From Callorhinchus milii (taxonomy: Eukaryota), in assembly GCF_018977255.1 (NCBI RefSeq), contig NW_024704743.1, positions 19,594,001-19,658,000 of the forward strand: 64,000 bases of DNA, given 5' to 3'. Below the pieces are notes generated by a model that did not search any database, was not told where the DNA came from, and saw only the letters and a program-made list of their open reading frames with translations. The translations under genes and the position numbers were made by a program. Shown one piece after another: positions 1-13,255 of the stretch; positions within the stretch are counted from its first letter, which is position 1, and each line of letters opens with the position of its first letter.

Positions 1-315
1 TGTAAAATATGGAATATGGAAAGTATTGTAAAATATGGAACACAAAATCTGGAGCACAACCACTGCACCACAAATATTGTATCTCAGAGCAGTGCTCCAA
101 GATGCTATTCCTGGGTGAAGGATGCTCTATAGATGCAAGTTGTTATTGTACCTGCATTGCTATGTAAGCAAACCTCTTTCCAGATTTTTTTTGTAACTGA
201 GAATGCTACATAAACAAATCTTTGTGTAATAATCTACAAAGATAAAAGAACGAACATGTCGTGTGAACGTGTGATGATGTGTTGCCTAATCGTTGCTTGT
301 GTTTCTTCATTCTAG

Positions 316-524
316 GGGCACTCTACACATTTAGTCAGAGGTTACCTTCAGATGTCCTGGTAGATATGAAAAGCTACCACCACAGATTGAAGCGACAGCA
401 GCCACCAGGGTCACCCAAGTCAGTGGATACAAACCGTGCCAGTCCAGAGCAGGACTTTGAAGATCCCACTAAGATCTTTGATATTCTACCTGAAGATGAC
501 AATGCCAATGATACACAGATCGAG
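316..524 (+). CDS. PLXDC2: PLXDC2 coding exon (ortholog of exon 2), 209 nt, phase 1 to 0
   Basis: ttcattctAG acceptor (314-315) and GAG|GTATGT donor (525). Encodes ...YHHRLKR...KSVDTNRAS...DDNANDTQIE, matching the PLXDC2 N-terminal region (VDTNRAS, TQIE), and joins the 30382 exon in frame. Confidence 0.92.
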
Positions 525-570
525 GTATGTTTTTGTTTCAGGAGTTGGAGGCCAAGCTATCTTATAAAGC

Positions 571-990
571 CATAGAAATTTAGAACACAGAAGAAGGCCA
601 TTTATCCCATCCATGTTAGTGCTGGCTGAAAGATCCAGCTGTTTATTCCTTCTTCCTGCATTTTTCCTAAATCTTATTATATTTCTTTTTTTCAGGTATT
701 TTTCTAATTCGCTCTTAAAAACTGACAGATTCTGCCTCAACTATTGTTCGAAATAAGGCCCTCAGCATTCTAACAACCTTATGTGTAAAAAAGAACTCTT
801 CTCTTTCTTTTTTACTTTCTGTTCTTATTTTATATCTATGTCCTCTAGTTACGGACTCACCAGACAGTTGAAATAATTTCTCTTTGTTTATTTTTATCAA
901 ATACCCTCTTCATTTTAAAACACCAATCAGGTCTCCTCTCAACCTTCTCGGTTCCAGGGAAAATAGCCCCATTTCTTCCACATTCATAAA
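571..990 (-). mobile_element. CR1 LINE 3' fragment, decayed
   Basis: Minus-strand frame KLFQLSGESVTRGHRYKI...FFFTHKVVRM resembles the CR1 ORF2 C-terminus (TRGH; FF.QRVV). CR1-type 3' tail reads catagaa...acagaagaaggccatt on +. Confidence 0.75.
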
Positions 991-996
991 CAAATG

Positions 997-1385
997 CTCC
1001 AATCCTTGGTATCATCCCTCCCCTTTTAATTCCCTCCACCGCCTCACCCCACCCTACCTCTGTGACCTCCTACAACCCTCCCAACCCTGCCGTTCTCTTC
1101 GCTCAGTGTGCACCAGCCTGCTTCGTGTTCTCTGCCACACTATCAATTGGTGACCGTTCAGCTATTATGCCCTCGCTCCTTAAAACTCCATCCTGGAGTC
1201 TCTCCGACTTGTTCCTTCCCTCCTAACTTTAAAAGACCGCTTTAAGATGCACCTTTTGACTACGCTTTCCATCATCTTTCCCCTCACCACTCCCTTTAGC
1301 TCCCACTACCAACTCGATTGCCCAGCCTGCAGTGTTGAGTATTTTGATTCACCCTCATGTAAAAGGCATTCTATGAATGTTACTT
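997..1385 (+). mobile_element. L2 LINE 3' fragment, decayed
   Basis: FNSLHRLTPPYLCDLLQP...RSLRS is the L2 ORF2 C-terminal pattern (K.LHGLAP.YL.DLL...R.LRS), followed by an L2-type tail. Confidence 0.75.
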
Positions 1386-1474
1386 ATATTGTACCATCCA
1401 AGAGAATTTCCTCCACACCTTCTCTATGCCCTTGACATCTTCCTGTAATGGGTGCCTGAAATCCGTGATTATTT

Positions 1475-1772
1475 GAGCCACATAGACCAATAGGTCCCAA
1501 TTTTGAGCCTTTAATGGACTGATCTCAGCTGGGATAATGATTGGCTTGGTTACCTCTGTATTCCAGGCTAGGCAGAGGAAAAATCAGCTTTGATTCCTGA
1601 TCCTGATCATTATCCAGTGACCTCTCGGATGAGGACAGGATCAGGCACAGCCTATTAATCTGCTGGCACTTACTGTCAGGGCTCCTACATAAAGAATAGA
1701 TATGCAGCCAGTGTCCAATGGAACTGCACTCAACCACATTTCAGTGCTTTCAAGAGAGGACAAAGGAGAGAA
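1475..1772 (+). mobile_element. Ancient SINE-like repeat remnant, family uncertain
   Basis: Blocks ctgatctcagctggg, ggaaaaatcagc, tcctgatc..tatccagtgacc, gaggacaggatc and tcagtgctttcaagagagga resemble an old vertebrate SINE-like consensus that I recall from shark genomes. Family name not verified. Confidence 0.45.
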
Positions 1773-4700
1773 CACTAAGTGGAAATGTGGATGTATTTTC
1801 ACCATTGCTGCTGCTGCTTTCCTATTCTTTACCCCCGATATAGTAGCAATAATAATAATAAAGTTTGCATTTGATATTGCATCTTATCACGTCGTCAAGA
1901 CATCTCAAAGCACTTCACGTGAGGCGAAAACCCATGTATATGTACTGTACTTAGTTCAATCTGCAGTTAAAGCAGCAAGTCTGTTAAAGCAGTAAGTGTT
2001 CCCAGCTGTGGATTTCCCAGTTGATACACTTGTTGAAAATGAAGAATTCCATTGTTTTGAAGTACAGTGTGTGCATTCATTATTTTGCAAGCAATTACAA
2101 AGCAATTGGAGAAAGCTGGTTCATGTGGTTTCTATTTGATAGTGGTAGCTACACCTGCAGAAATGTGTGACATTTCATCTAATTCTACCTTCGAGTTTCA
2201 ATTGTGAGAAGGAGTTAAGACTTATGTTGTAATAATTATCGTACGGACCACATATCTTGATACACCTAAACCATCACCCTGCTGAACAGTATCTAAACTA
2301 AACCACTGCTGGAATTTGCTAGCTAGAAACATATGCTTGCCATTTCACTGACAGGCAAGCTTCCTGCAGTTTGTACAACTGGACCTGCTCTACCCATCAG
2401 ATCATTGGTTTCCAGGGTTAACAGGAACTGAGTGGGAGGAATCCCTGTCCCCTGTGACTGCTTTTCTCCTCCAAGTACTGCTAATAAGCAAGGCTGGCTG
2501 CTCTGTCATCAACAGTGCCCTGGTGTACGGTGGACCTGCCTGGCTCAGAGGAACCAGATTACTGAGGATTACTGTCACAGAGGATCACTCAATCCCAATA
2601 TTCCATTGCCAGGCAAGTCACTTTAGAACCAACTTAGTCTTGAAGAGACCCCGCTTATGACCCCACAAGGAGAACAGTATAGACCAATAGATATCGACTG
2701 TCACCAAATTGAATGTTCATCTCCCCACCCCTTCCAGACTTTGGTACGACTTGGAAGTCATTGCAGTTGCAGTCAATCCCCAAGGGTGAAAAATTCTTCT
2801 GGGCTCAGATCGCAACAAATTTGGCAATGTGAGATTACAATCTTTCCAGGATTCCACTATAAGTGATTGTTGTCAAAGGCTCTATGCTTAGTGTCAAGAG
2901 CATCTTCACGGCCCCTTCAGTTTGAAGAGAACTTGCTCTGGAAATGAACAGGTGCAAATTTGACTGCAATATCTCTTGTCTCTCAATTAACCAAAGAATG
3001 CACATTGGTCCAGTTTCCAGTTTTGTTTCCCCAAACACTCAGTCATACTGAAAGAAATGAACTCACCAGGGTCAGTAGTGTTACTGACCTTGAAAATGTG
3101 CATTTATAATGGAAATGTGCTCCATATATTCTTGTTGTTTCTGCTTTCTGTGGTCAATTAGGAATTATCTGTACGCAGTTAATCTAACCCTTAATGCTTT
3201 ACATCAAAGTGCACAGCATTAACTGCACAAAACTGCCTATCACTGGATCTACGATTTATGCCTATTATTATTTGAAAGTTAGCAGGTTTGTTTGATAAGA
3301 GGGTGGGGAGGGAGAAGTGAGACCGAATTTCCTGCTAGTGTGATTACGATACCTTTCAAAAACATTGGTAAATGCTGGTATAGGCATTCTGATTGTTTGG
3401 ATTCCGTGAGCTGAATGAAGAGAGCGAATAAGCTGTCTTTTGCTGGTGGAATTCAAACTGAGTCAAAGTCGATATCCCTAGCCACTGGAGGCCAGCGAGC
3501 ACAGTGAAGTGAGGGCACATGATAGGAGAGTAGGGGCATCTATGCGCACACATGTTACAATATTAGCATTCCTTTGTGGAGAAGATTTTTCAAATCATTC
3601 CTGTTTTTTAGGGAAAAAGTTTGTCTGAACTGTGATTGATTGATGTCACTGTAAGGGAACAGTGTGTGCACATAACAACTTGTTTTCCAGTAAAAGTGTT
3701 TGACCTTGTGTTCATATGTCCACAGCTGCTCTTCCCATTCCCTCCTCCGGAACTTCCGACATGTATCTCTAAGTCACTTAATAAACACAGAGAAGCTCAA
3801 ACAGAAACCATTCAGAGCCAATAATTAAGGAAGGAGAAACGGCCATTTGGCCCATTCCTTCCACTGATGACACATGTATCAAAGCAAGCTACCCAGCCAG
3901 TTATATAATTCCCAGAGTGAGATAGCTAACCTGCAATCGAAATCTCAAGAATTGAAATGCTTTGTGAAGTTCCTCTCTGAACCTTGTAATAAATCTGATG
4001 ATCCTTCAGGAAAGCAAAACGATTTGTATTATCATTCAACCCTAACTTGCTACGTTCCACCGCAATCTCAGTACACTGTACTCTGACTACACTTATTTAA
4101 ATACATTGATATGTTAATACATGTTTCCATACAAAATGCACAGTCACTGCACATTATAGTAAATTGATTTGAGATATCTTCTCAACATGAAAAAGATTAT
4201 TTTTTTATTAATATCAATAGTATTAGCAACAGGAATAGCCATGGGTTTTAGTAAAGGAAGTGAGATATGCAACATGTTGAAGTCCCCGAAGTTAAATTCA
4301 ACGTAAAATAGTTTTTATTTTGTCTCAGATCATTTATAGGCAGTGTGCAGTTTACACACAGACAGCAAATATTCAGCAGCCCTGAAATAAGGCTTGTTTC
4401 ACCTTCTTTAAAAAGGTCAAATGAGGACAGCTGGCTCCTAGACTTAAATTGGCTGCTTTAGGAATTTTATAATTTAAAATCAATTGCAAGGCTGTATAAT
4501 AAATTGGACAAACAGAAAAGATTGGAAAAATATGCAGCAGAAACTATTAGTGTTGTGTTTTATGAGTCGGGGTACCTGTGTACAAATAGATCTTTCCAGC
4601 TGAGCAGGTGAACAAAAAAGGATGTTGTTGTGCTTTAACGACAAATTAACTTCACTCATATGGAGATTCGTTCCGCAATCACTGAACTGGGGGTTTAATT

Positions 4701-5979
4701 TTGCCACAGAATGATACTCGCCTTATCCTTTCTGTGCTTCAGTATTAATACTCTACTCTAAATTTGCCCCTGAGTTCCATATGTTTGGTAGAATTGCCTG
4801 TGTTTAAAGTCAGAGATATACTGCATTTTTGAAAATATTTCTCATAAACCTCCACAGTTCCTGGGATTCCCACTCACTTTTTTCAAGTTAAAGTCCACAG
4901 GGAGTATTGCCCTGAGGACAGGCCTGTGGCAGTAAGTAGCTATGCCTTTATCTAACACTACCAGTACGAAGTGACTGGTTTCAACTCATTTTTTAACTGC
5001 TGTATTGTAGCATTTTTGTATCTGAAATGAGGAATACAATCAGCATCAATAGACATGATGAGCCAGTTTTTTTCCAACATTGTTTCTCTCTCTCTCACTC
5101 TCTCTTACTGTCTGTCACCACCTTCCATCATCTCAATGCGTTCAATTCAAAATACGATTCCAGCTGTTTCAAGGGAGAGATTGTTTTTAAAATTAAATTG
5201 ACTGGACACAGACTTTATTGTCAACCCAGATTAAGGAATCAGACCTCCCCAAACACTGGACCATTCGAATACATGTGGATGTATTCTAATGAAACAAAAC
5301 AGTTGCCATTCACAGGATGAAGCGCCATCAAATATATGGATAAAATTACGGAAAGGCCTTTCTTACCAATTAGTCCATGAGCCTCCGCCCATTCTAATCC
5401 TCTTGCCTATTCCCCTCTAATACCTTCTCCCCGCACCAAGTTTACTCTTGAATACATTGATGCTTTCTGCTTCACCCACAGCTTACAATACAGAATTGCA
5501 CAAAATATAAGGGCTCATTCAAAATATGACTGTAAAAATGTATATGTATTTTCTCCCACAGAATCCACAGTCACACCACTTTACAGTATATTCAGTGAAG
5601 CACTATGAGACATCTCGCCAATGTTACAAGACGCAATATCAAATGCAAGGGTTGTTATAATTATTCTTGTATTTGCATTGCAGCAGTAGTGTCAGGAGAA
5701 TTTGTAAATGCAGTATGAGATCCTGGTCTGCCACAGTGAGATAGGTCTAACATACAAACTCCATTACAAATTGTGATGCTTTCCACGAAAACGTTAGCAA
5801 AAAGATGACTATTTTAATGATTAAAATGTGTTAAATCGAATAACTACAGTTGACCTACAAATATTAATTCAAATGCTTTGAGATGTCCTTCTAAAGTGCA
5901 AAATGCTACCTAAATATAAAATTACTGTGGTTGTCATTTGTTGTTGAGTGTTAACCTGTTTCAGATTTAAACAGACATA

Positions 5980-6410
5980 CAAACATTTTACATTGATGTA
6001 GTGCCTTTCACATTGGGAAGACTTAAAGCGTCCCACAATTTACTGAAAGCCACAGCTGGATGTGGGTAGGAAAATGTGGTCAAAAACATAGGTGAAAAGA
6101 TATGTCTCAGGTTGGGGTTTGAAGGCAGCAGGATCTGGCAAGGAGGGATTACAGGATGGATTTCCAGACAGTGGGGGCACGATGCCTTAAATAGCACTGA
6201 TGGTGCGGGAGAGTGTGTGGAGGACATGAAGCAGGCCTGTGTTTGTTGAGCAAAGTGAGGGGATGTAGGCAGCAGGGTTGCAGGAGGTCACAGAGGGAGG
6301 GCGTGGAACGAGACTATGGAGATATTGAAAAGTGTGGATGAGAATTTGAATTTTCAATCCCCTGGGGGATGGGGAGACGGTGAAGCCAAGAGAGGATGGA
6401 AGTGGTTGTC
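5980..6410 (-). mobile_element. L2 LINE 3' fragment, decayed
   Basis: Reverse L2 tail (acatt..tagtgcctttcac..aaagcg) followed by G-rich antisense ORF2 C-terminus. Confidence 0.6.
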
Positions 6411-6734
6411 AAGACGTTCCAGCTGCAATTTTTGGATTCAAAAGTTCAGATAATTTCGCAGTGAGTGGTTGTAACCTGTAACTAATAGGCAACGTGCTGG
6501 GCAAAAGCAAAGGTTGCTTTTTTTTTGAAGCCTTCTGTTGATTGAAGATAAATCCAAACACACGGTGAGTTTGAAAAACTGCAGAAGTTAAAGTGATTGG
6601 AATTGAACTGTCTTTCAATCATTTCCTAATTGAGGTGTAGAACAGGTCAGATTCAAGTTAAATCTCACTGCACTCAACCACAGTACGATACTGTAACCCC
6701 ACATTGACATTTGCATTTATAATATTAATTTTGT

Positions 6735-6807
6735 GCCGCCTGGGAATCGAACCCAGGGTTCTCTCATTTGTGAGGCAAGTGCGCTAACCAGTACATTACA
6801 AGACTCC
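6735..6807 (-). mobile_element. Isolated tRNA-derived head of the tRNA-Ala/CORE-like SINE
   Basis: Reverse complement reads ggagtcttgtaatgtactggttagcgcac...cctgggttcgattcccagg, homologous to the head at 25211. The SINE body is absent. Confidence 0.7.
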
Positions 6808-7979
6808 ATTTCCCATCATCTAATGTTTGTGCTTTGCCTATAAAATATTAACTCGAAGAACCTCTTGTCTGTAAATACATAGGGCAAAACCAAAAATTTT
6901 TGAACGGTGGAATCGCAGGCTCAGTCTGTTGCGCAGCTGCTAGTTACTTGTTCCAGTATCGGCCACAGTCCAGAATAGTGTCCATTCAATTACCCAATGT
7001 GACCGCATTAGACTTCTGCTAATCGAGCATACATCATTGCTTTTCTTTCCATTATTCATAACTAATTATTCAGCAATTTCAATAATATATCTGTATAAAA
7101 TACTGCTCGGATCGTGGGAATCAATGGTTCCTAGGTTTGTAAGGCGTCATTGGAAAAATGGAAGCAGGAATTTCAGCTTGACGGAAAAGTACATCTCCAG
7201 GACATTAAGTGCAACTGCTACAAAGAGCCTTGTGATTCTGATACAGATTCACCTCTGATGCAATTTCCAGTCTGAGCCAGGTTCATGTGGGTTGGCATGG
7301 TATCACACAAGGTTCCCGGCAAAAGCTCCACTTTACGTGCTGAGTCGCTTTCTCATGTGGCGAAACATCAGTTACGCTGCCAATTTTCTGACAGAGCTCT
7401 TTCAATCCCATTATAATAATAATCCTGGCATTTGACATGGCCCTATATCTCGTCCAAATTAAAAAACTTCACAGTTATCTCTGCTAAGTGTTGTGCCTGT
7501 GTATTCGAGCACAGCAACGTCCCACAAGCAGCCAGGTCGTATTGACCAATTTAACCGGAGGATTGTTGGAAATAACCTTCTAACCAATTGAACCAGGTTT
7601 AAAGATTAATCTCGACAAAGGTCATTCTGCTCGATGTCCTAAATAACAGTGTCCATGTGCCTTAGCCATTCTCTACTCCATTTAGTGAGTTTGACTTTAT
7701 GATTTTATGAATAACTAATAGAATCTTAAATTAGAAATGAATGACTTTATGAATGTAAAATGTAATTATAAATCAAAATGTTTCATTACAGTAATTTATA
7801 AAGTGCAAATGTTCCAAACTTGGTGAATAGAGCAGAATCCAAAACATTCTAGCATTGGACCCCTTTGAGTTTATGTTGGTGCTTGTCCCTCTTACAATGT
7901 GGTCCTATAGAAATTGTTACAAGCCACGGGTGTGGCTACCGCAACATCATTTTAGCCACATGTACCCATGTTAGTAGAA

Positions 7980-8400
7980 AACAACAAAAACTATTTACAT
8001 TTGTATAGTTACTTTCACGTCTGGAGGATGTCCCAAGGTCCTGGACAATCAACAACAACAACAACAACAACAAGATTCCATTTATAGAGCGCCTTTCACG
8101 TCAGGAGGACGTCCCAAGGCGCTGAAGGATTTGGACCCAATCTGGGAGTTGGGAATAGTGGGGATTGGAGGACAAGGAGGGTAGGGGTCAAAATGCCCGA
8201 AGGTGCAGTCGAAATGGAGGATCTTGAAATGGGCTTTGAAGGAGGCAAAGGAGGGCATGAGGCAAAGGGACTGTGGTATGGAGTTCCAAAGCTTGGGGGG
8301 CGCAGAGAGGCTAAAGGCCCAACCACTGATGGTTTGGCAGGCAGGGTAGGGGCCATGGAGCAGGCAGGAGCCTGCTGGATCAGAAGGAGTGGGCAGGTCT
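7980..8400 (-). mobile_element. Two stacked L2 3' ends with (CAA)n tail
   Basis: Tail unit (ctttcacgtc.ggagga.gtcccaagg) occurs at about 8012 and again at about 8093. ORF 8096..8437 is a decayed L2 3' region. Confidence 0.75.
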
Positions 8401-8984
8401 TACATACACTCACACAAAACAGGTAAATGTACTTCACATTTCTGCTTACATATATATTTACTTAATATCACATCTACTTAACAAACATCGACCACCATTC
8501 ATTGCGAAACTTAGCAGTCTTTCTTTTGCACCAAATCGGTAGGCTACTTTACCTTTCACCTGCAACCAGGGAGAAAACGCCAGATTTTAGCAGCAATATT
8601 GTATGGAGAGGGAAGCTGTCAACCATGACCAATTGGAATAACCAGCAGATGAAAGCAAGCCCAGCCAATAATGAGCAGCTCCAACAGACCATGTTATAGC
8701 AAAGGATGAGCAGCACTCAAGTGCTTTTTGGATGGAGAGCAGGGATGGGTCTTCTCTTTAGAGAAATTAGTTGTGCCAGATCCATTGTTTTCACCCATGG
8801 TTACATACCATTTTAGCAGATAATAAACAGTGACCGAGGAAGTAAAGGACACAAGATGATCGAAACACACTCTCACACGCTGCTTTTCCTCTAACCATTT
8901 TACCAACAAATCCCCAAAAGGTACAAATGAATAATGAGATCATGTGCCCAACTGTGTGTTACTCAATTTTTATTTATTAATCAA

Positions 8985-9049
8985 AAAGGCAATTTAGCCG
9001 CATCTGCCACACGGGGCTAATGGCAAATGTATTGGACAAGCCTGCTCTA
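8985..9049. mobile_element. Possible hAT-Charlie-like terminus remnant
   Basis: tagccgcat...ggctaatggcaaatgtattggacaagcctg resembles Charlie/MER3-type ends (tagccacatgtggctagtggctaccgtattggacag). A related tgtggcta/tagccaca motif lies at about 7930-7960. Confidence 0.35.
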
Positions 9050-11021
9050 TTAGAGTACTTTCATTTCAATTCCCTGCGCTTTCCCCGGAACCTTTCATAT
9101 TGTATTGCTTTATTCTCAAAATATTTCTCAAATCCATTTTAAGTGTTGCTGTGGTCTCAGCCTCAATAACCATTTTGCTGCAAACAATAGCTCCTGGGGT
9201 AGAATCACTTCGACTCTCAGTTCTGGATATCCAGGAAGCCAAATTGAAAATGGTTTTAGAGACCGAGGGTAAGTAATAACAAACTAATGTGCAGAGCACT
9301 GACAGGGAGATACACCAGGCTAACTTTTCAAGATAACAGCTTTCTTGTTAACCTGGTAACTAAATGAACAATTGTTAGGCAATCAATCTATGGCATGAAA
9401 GAGATCACATTAATGTATTCATAATATTGCCTGTAAGCAGTGAGGTAATATATGGTTCACTGCACTTCACAGGATATCCAAAATTGAAGTGAGTTACAGT
9501 ATTTGCAGTTTTCCTTTTACCCTTTTGTATTTGCTGAAAGACACACAGTGTAGAAGTCCTTATCGACTGAAGCACATTGTTTGTTATTAAACCAAGGCAT
9601 TCGACACCTGTGGAACTGTATCCCAGGAAGAGGAAGCCAGACAGAGGCAGGGAGGCATAAACAATAGAGAGAAAATCAGAAACTAATTTACACACAATAC
9701 ATTTTTTTAAAAAAGGTATTCTGTAATGAACGTCAACCTTAATTGTGTTTTGTGTGAACTTAACAATCTGAGCTTCACACTCCCTTCTTATACTCTGACT
9801 CACCACTAAATCAGGGCACAACCTCAAGTATGAAACCATTTTCTGGGCAAGTAGCAGTACAAATGTTGTTGTTCTTATGCAGGTCTGGCCCAGAAAATAA
9901 TTCTTTTAAAAAATCACTTTCTCTGAGGTACAAAAGTGTAAATAAATGACATTCTGAATGTAAAATTAAATTATAAATCTAATGTTTCATTACAGGAATT
10001 TATGGGGTGCAAATGTTCTAAACTTGGTGAATGGAGCAGAATCTTAAAAATGAGCACAAGACATTGTTAATAAATAATAATCATCCATGCATTTGATATT
10101 GCGCCTTATCATATAGTTGATAATGCTCTATATCAATTGTTTATTATAATAACTATACCTTGACCTTATGATGGTGTTCCTTTCTATATTAGAATCACCA
10201 TATGTACTTTAATCCCAATTCCCTGCAGTTTCCCTGTAACTTTTCATATTGTATTGGACAGTCAAAGGCCATATTGGGAGATGGTGTGGTAGGGAGGCTG
10301 CGGTGAGATGTTAGGACACTACCATTGGTGGCCAGTCAAAAGATTAGAACAGGTTAAGTGTGGGAATGTTTGGTTCACACTATATACTGCCATTTAATCA
10401 CAGTCCTAACAATAATAATCCTTACATTTGGTTTAGTGCTTATCATATTGGGAGGTCATCTGAAAGCACTTCACAGGATATACTGGAAAGTACAGTGACT
10501 GTATTTTCTGGATAAACATGGCAGCCAATTTGCATCAACAATGTCTCACAAATAGTCATGAAGTCAGTAATTTTATTGGGTGGCGAGGGAGATTGTTGGC
10601 CAGGACTCCAGAAGAAACTCCCTTCCTTATTTGCAGCTATAATTAACATTAACTTTTATACTTCAGAATATAACAGATTTTATCCCTTTATTTGTATGAT
10701 TAAAATTTGCTCCACTGGATTTTCTTCCTGCCTTGAATATCCTCTTCAGACAGCATTCATCTATATCTTAACCTTTTGAGGAGGAAGAGATATGTTTGGT
10801 TTGATAAATACTATGATTTTCTGTCACTCGTTTCTAACTATTGCCTCTTTCCTGTGAGAGGGGGAGATTTACGTTGCGGTGTTTGTAGTCTGCCAGATAT
10901 AGGTAGTTACTTACTGATACTCTATTTAAACATAAAGTCACCCCTTAAGCATATGAAATCAACCACTTCACTAATGCTAACCTCTATATTTGGGCTACAT
11001 TAATTCAACTTACGATAGAAT

Positions 11022-11290
11022 TTCATTTATATAGCACATCTCACGTCGGGAGAACATCTCAAAGCACATAACAATACGCTCCCAGCTGGGAGTGGGAGCC
11101 AAGGGAGACTGGGAGGGGAAAGATGTCTGAAAGCACGATCAAAAAGTCACGTTTGCGACAAGAGGGACGGAGCAAGTTGGAGAGCATCCGGGATGGAGTT
11201 CCAGAGAGCAGGGGTAGAGAGGCTGCAAGCCCGCTCGCTGATAGTGTGTTGGGGCCATGAAGCAGGATCACTGAGCGAAGGGAACGGCTG
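11022..11290 (-). mobile_element. L2 LINE 3' fragment
   Basis: Reverse tail catttatatagcacatctcacgtcgggagaacatctcaaagc, then ggagttccagag-type antisense ORF2 end. Confidence 0.65.
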
Positions 11291-11431
11291 GGTCAGTATA
11301 GTTCTGCTGCTTTCGGTTAGTGTAGTCCTATTGATGGATCAGAAAACGACAAGGATGAGGGCACGAGTACCTGAGGAATAACAACTGCCAAAGTGAATGA
11401 ATGGTGTGTATATAATTATAATAATAATAAT

Positions 11432-11794
11432 CCTTGTATTTCATATAGTGCCTTAACAGATCTTTGAGTCGTCTCAAAGCTCTTCACAGAATATACTGTA
11501 AAGTGAATTGACTGTATATTTGTGGGCGAAACGCGGCAACCAATTGTGAACATCACTATCCCACACACAGTTGTGGATTGAGTGACCAATTTATTATTAT
11601 TACTTTTTTTGAAGGAATTAATAACTCCCAGCAAAGCGATCCTTCAATCAACTAACAAGCAAGTTCCTACTTACTGCTAGGTAAACAGAGGCGTGTGGAG
11701 TAAGGAAGCTTGCCCAACATTTTGCCCTGCTGGGAATTGAACCCAGGTCCACTTGCTTGTGAGACAAATGCTAACTGTTGATGTACAGGACTCC
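11432..11794 (-). mobile_element. tRNA-Ala/CORE-like SINE, long form, full length
   Basis: (TAA)n tail, L2-type stem-loop, cctacttactgctaggtaaacagaggcgtgtggagtaaggaa block, and head ending acaggactcc. Confidence 0.85.
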
Positions 11795-12519
11795 ACAAAA
11801 AGGAAGGGAACAGAGTTCAATTGCCAAAAATAGAGGTGACCTCCCCCACCATTGGCTACGTTCTATTCACTGACAACTTCCCAGCTCTGCTGCCCTCCCC
11901 ACTCCCATTCTCCGTTTCACTGGAGAAGGTGGCAATCCTAGTTTAGTAAGGAAAGATTAAGATAATAAGAAAGATTTCATAGCATCAAAGAATAAAAACA
12001 ATTCTTTGCCCACGAAATACGCAGTCACTACACTTTACCGTAAAATCTGCGCGAAGACATCCTGACGTGAAAGCCAAGGATTATTATTCTTTTAATCTGA
12101 GGTTCACAGTATATCCAAAATCTTAATGTCAACCATTATTGCTGACGTGGTTTTGTTGCAATTGTTAGGATGGCAGTAAATTATCTGTGTCCGTCTTGAC
12201 ATTGATTTGTCTCTTTGCTAACATGTTCAGTCAGTTTATCACATTTGCCTGATCACTTTTCTTTGAAAAAGAAGTGTTTGCAAACCATAAACCACTTGTG
12301 CAGTACAACAGCCTCATTGGCTTTTCACCAACCTCTTTCATTCCCTGCCTTCCATCAGGCACTGCCTTTGAATAGAAGTTGCTGGAAACTTTCCAATGCA
12401 TCCAAATGTGTGTCAGAAATCATTGGCCAGGAATTTATCTGCACAGCGTAAGAAACATGTCATGTATCTGGATAGATATTTTGCTCAGTGAATACTGGCC
12501 TGCTTCATGTCCCCCGCCC

Positions 12520-12785
12520 TACCCATCCCCACCATCGACAGGCGGGCTATCAGCTATTCTGCCAATGCTATCTTGAATTCAATCCCAGAGTCTCTCTGAC
12601 TCCTTCCCTCAGCTCATTCAAGGCGCATCTCAAAACATACCTCTTTGACCGCTGTTTCGGTTATCTTTCCCCAACCCACACTCCGCGGCTTCCACCCCCA
12701 GCTCAGCTGCCCATCCAGCATGGTTAAGCACTTTGAGATGCTCTTAACAGGTAAGGCATGATACGAATATAAATTGCATTGTATA
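12520..12785 (+). mobile_element. L2 LINE 3' fragment
   Basis: SLSSFKAHLKTYLF is the canonical L2 ORF2 terminal motif (FK..LKT.LF), followed by a tail. Confidence 0.75.
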
Positions 12786-13255
12786 TTTTTTTTTGGTCTG
12801 AGCGTCACAAGTCATTACCTTCAGGCAAATCCATGATTCTTCTGTAAAGTACTACACATCCATCCTTGTGTCTATAACACTAAATGCGACCCTGATAATA
12901 ATGCTTTTTTTTAAAGAATTTTCATGGTTCATATTAGGGACAATATAATTGAGTTTAGTGTCCTGGTCTAAGTTGGAGAAAAATTAGGCAGGATTTCCAT
13001 TCCTGACTCTATCCAGTGAAGTTAATTGGATGGTACTTGTGTGGGAATATTGGGTGAGGACAACATTTAGCTTGCCTGTGCTGCCTCCTCCCCCCGTTGA
13101 ATCTTCTGCCACTCTTCACTGCCTGTAAATAAAGAACGTTACAGCTTGGATGAGGTGCCTGAAGGAGACCAGTGTCATAGCATGAGTCAGTGCCTTCAGT
13201 AGAGGTCGAGGTGAGGAAACTGAAAGAAAACAAAAGAGAAACTTTCTCTCTTATA

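Noticed and set aside
279..575. Stand-alone 98-aa ORF (likewise 30277-30597 and 59148-59366)
   Set aside because: These are PLXDC2 exons read through into intron; the true boundaries are the splice sites.
9405..9839. 144-aa minus-strand ORF (and similar 100-130 aa ORFs at 15498, 16437, 49258)
   Set aside because: No recognisable domain or supporting splice/promoter structure; a few ORFs of this length are expected by chance in 64 kb.
11815..11941. hAT-Tip100-like end ggtggcaatccta
   Set aside because: Only one convincing terminus; no partner TIR or 8-bp TSD found.
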